Shown in pieces: positions 61,331 through 64,000 of a stretch of 64,000 nt of DNA. The translations under genes were made by a program, and so were the position numbers. The notes beneath the pieces were generated by a model, which saw nothing but the letters and a program-made list of their open reading frames with translations, searched no databases and had not been told where the DNA came from. The stretch comes from Lama guanicoe (taxonomy: Eukaryota): positions 2,156,968 through 2,220,967 of the forward strand of contig MU054338.1 in the NCBI GenBank assembly GCA_013239625.1. Direction: 5' to 3'. Each line of letters begins with the position of its first letter. Positions within the stretch are counted from its first letter, which is position 1.

Positions 61331-62644
61331 GAGGAGCAGGACTTAACTTGGTTCCAATACCCTCTCATCCAGGAGGCCTTTCCCACCTGCCCGGGCAGAG
61401 CAGCTACTTGACCTCCCAGCACCCCAGCCCTTCAGTCTCTCCCACCTCACCCCTGACCATTCAGAGCTGGCAGTGTCCATGTTCAGCTCCTTCCCCGAAG
61501 CCACAGGAACTTTTCAAAGGCTGTGGTCAGGGAAGCATCTTGGGTATGTTACTTCCTCTTCTTGGGGGCCTGGGATCTGAACCCTTGTCCCCCCTCCAAG
61601 TCCCCCAGGGACCCCAAGGCGTGCAGTCAAAGCCCTCCGCTGCACAGGCTGCTTCCATCCTACCTGGGAGGGGTGTTTGCATTGCCTTCCACTGAGGGGG
61701 AAACAGGCATGGAGAGCCCTCAAGACGCGCTGGAAGGAACCCAGGTGTCGTGTGCCGGTGCCGACACGCAGGTTCGTGGCCCCCCACTGCCGCCCGGTAC
61801 CAGACACAGAGACACAGTCATTGCAGGGTCAGGGGTGGGGGATCCGAGGCCCCCAGATGGGCAAGTACCTTTCCCACGCCCCACCCCTAAGTGGGGTGGA
61901 TGCTTCTGCGCTCGGCAGCGAGGTTCTGGCGTCCCCTTGTGGGAGGACCTAGGACCTGGACCCAGAAACCAGGCCGAAGGGTCAGCTGGCCCCGTCCCCA
62001 TAGTCCTGCCCTCCCCTCCCTGCAGCGGGAACGGGGGACTCTAGCCAGGAGTTTTTCTGCTGGGTGGTGGGGTAAGTCTCATCTTGAGTGAGGGGCTCAG
62101 TTCGGAGGTGACAGTCTCAGTCGAGAGTCGGGGTTCAGCCGGGGGGTGGGGGTTCAGCTGGGATGGAGGGCTCATCTGGGAGCTGGAAGCTCATCTGGGG
62201 TCCCGGCTCAGCCGGGGTGGGGGGCTCATTCTGGCCTTTAATCTCAAGGAAAGCCTCTGTTTTTCAGCCACTGGCCCCTGGAGTGAAACAATGTTTGGCT
62301 TGGAGGGGCTGTCCCAGCACTGGCTCCCTTCTAAATGCCATAAAAAGGGGCAGGCTTGGGACAAGCAAAAACACCTCCTCCCCAAGCGTCCCAGTCGCCC
62401 CCTAGTGGGGAAGTCTCGCCCTGCGGAAAGGGAGGAGCCCAGACAGCCCGTCCCTCTCCCTTCCCGCCCCCCTCAGCACAGTCACCCACCCGGAAGCCCC
62501 AAGCCTCGCCGGAGGAGACGGGAGGCAGAAAACTCCACTGCCAGAGCGGCCGTCTGAAAACACAGCCTCCGACAGTCAGGGGCCCCCACCCTGAGAGGGA
62601 GGCCCGTGCGCTCCGCCCCAGCGTCACTATTTCAGCGTAACAAG

Positions 62645-62840
62645 AAGTTGGCATTTATTAGCCGCCCTTGGGGTGCTGGGGTCTGCGCTTAGGAGTTTTG
62701 TAGACAGTATTTCTCATTCAGTCCTCATGACAGCTTCTGAAGGATTTAACTATTATCCTTGCCTTTTACGGAACAGGACACAGGCACAGAGAGGTTCGGT
62801 TACTTGTCCCAGGGCTACACAGCAAGGAGGTTGGGACTCC
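62645..62840. mobile_element. MIR SINE
   Basis: catttatt...ttctcattcagtcctcatgacagc...aggcacagagaggttcggttacttgtcccagggctacacagc. Confidence 0.65.
62654..62659 (-). terminator. Candidate polyA signal for the SMIM24-like gene
   Basis: First minus-strand AATAAA (forward TTTATT) found downstream of the stop at 63743. Confidence 0.45.
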
Positions 62841-63742
62841 AGCTCCTTCTCCTTCTCCTTCTCCGTGGAGCCCCCACCAGGAGTGCAGGGCAGGAAGAAG
62901 GGGCGATGACGCTGCGTCCCCCCACCTCCACCCCCGCACCCTCGCCCCAGCCCCCGGCAGCCCCAGCTTCCAGGACAGCACCCTGAAACTCAGCACGTGG
63001 TAGGAGGGGCCCTCGACTCCCAGGAAACGGCCCTGCTCTGAGCTAGCTCAAAGTTCAGGTTCAGGAGCAGCAAGAGCAAGACTTCAGGAGGAGGGCTGGA
63101 TCTGCCCTGGCTCCTGCAAAGACTTGCAGAACCACTTGCACAGTTTCTCCCCACTATCCCTCTTCCCAGTGAAAAGGACGCTTAGGTAGCAGGAGCCAGG
63201 GACTCTCCTGGCTTCCACCTGGCACCTGGCAAACCAAGACCTGCGGAGGGGCTGGGAGCCAGGTGATTCCTGTGGGCTCGTCAAAGCAAGGCCTCAAAAG
63301 CTCTTGGAAGCGCTTGCTCCTGAGCAACAGGAGGAGCTGGCTTCTCTGATGAAATCCAAAGGGCAATAGAAACCAGAAGTGGGAGAAGAACTCAGGCGGT
63401 GGGCAAGGAGAGATGGCTGTGGTGCAGACTGGGCAGAGGTAGGAGATAGTGGGGGTCTCACATGCAGGCAGCTCCTTGTCCAGGGGTGCCCTCCATGCTC
63501 AGAAAGAATCACCAGGTGAAGACCGAGCTTGGGAAGGAGTGTGTCATGGCCAAGTAGCACGCAGAGAGCCCTTCAAGAGGGGCTTGTGCTGGTCCCGAGT
63601 CCTCTGCACTCAGGGGCGCTCTACCCTGAATCCCAGACAGAGTCATCTCATCTGCCCCAGGACCAGGTCTTTGCCAGTAGGGTACGGAGAAGGCATTGGG
63701 GCATCCCTTGGGGGCTGCCTGGTGGAGGCAGGTGCAAAGGTT

Positions 63743-63866
63743 TCATGTGGAAGAGCTCGCCACTGTTTCATGGTTCGGAGGCTCCTCTTTCTCCTCTAGT
63801 TCCAGCCCCCAGTCACCCTCTCCCTCCTTCTCCTTTCTCACAGTCTCCTCTTCCTTATCTTTATTG
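63743..63866 (-). CDS. SMIM24: Last coding exon of an SMIM24-like small membrane protein gene (rest outside window)
   Basis: Minus strand tctccacag|C AAT AAA... gives NKDKEEETVRKEKEGEGDWGLELEEKEEPPNHETVASSST*. Resembles the recalled SMIM24 C-terminus (KEGESNLGLDLEEKEP) and matches the recalled convergent NFIC-SMIM24 order. Confidence 0.8.
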
Positions 63867-64000
63867 CTGTGGAGACAAGAGGGGCCAAGATAACCAAAGT
63901 GAAAAGGACTGACAGTGGTCCAGGCCTCTTAACGAGTCTCACAGAACCTCTGAGTCCTGCAGGCAAGCTTGTTCCCATTGTACAGAGGGGATGCTGAGGC

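Overview
GC-rich mammalian genomic DNA, probably a camelid (tRNA-Ala-derived Vic-1-like SINE at about 14.9 kb). The + strand carries NFIC (nuclear factor I/C, CTF): coding exons 2-11 at 8198-53842, all with GT-AG boundaries and consistent phases, followed by a 3'UTR of about 6.3 kb ending near 60190. No first exon was found, so it probably lies upstream of the window. The last coding exon of a convergent gene resembling SMIM24 is on the - strand at 63743-63866. Introns hold old L2, L1M, MIR, hAT-type MER and MLT fragments, CpG islands, and a 37-38 bp minisatellite spanning an assembly gap. The most notable observations are: (1) copies of three unrelated ancient repeat families share long identical, GC-shifted tracts, suggesting local homogenisation; (2) a housekeeping-type promoter signature surrounds coding exon 6; (3) a YY1/NRF1-bearing CpG island lies deep in intron 2; (4) three D-boxes cluster within 48 bp; (5) exon 10 is dual-coding. 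Repeat family names, orthologue comparisons and motif consensuses are from memory, not database searches. Repeat boundaries are approximate.
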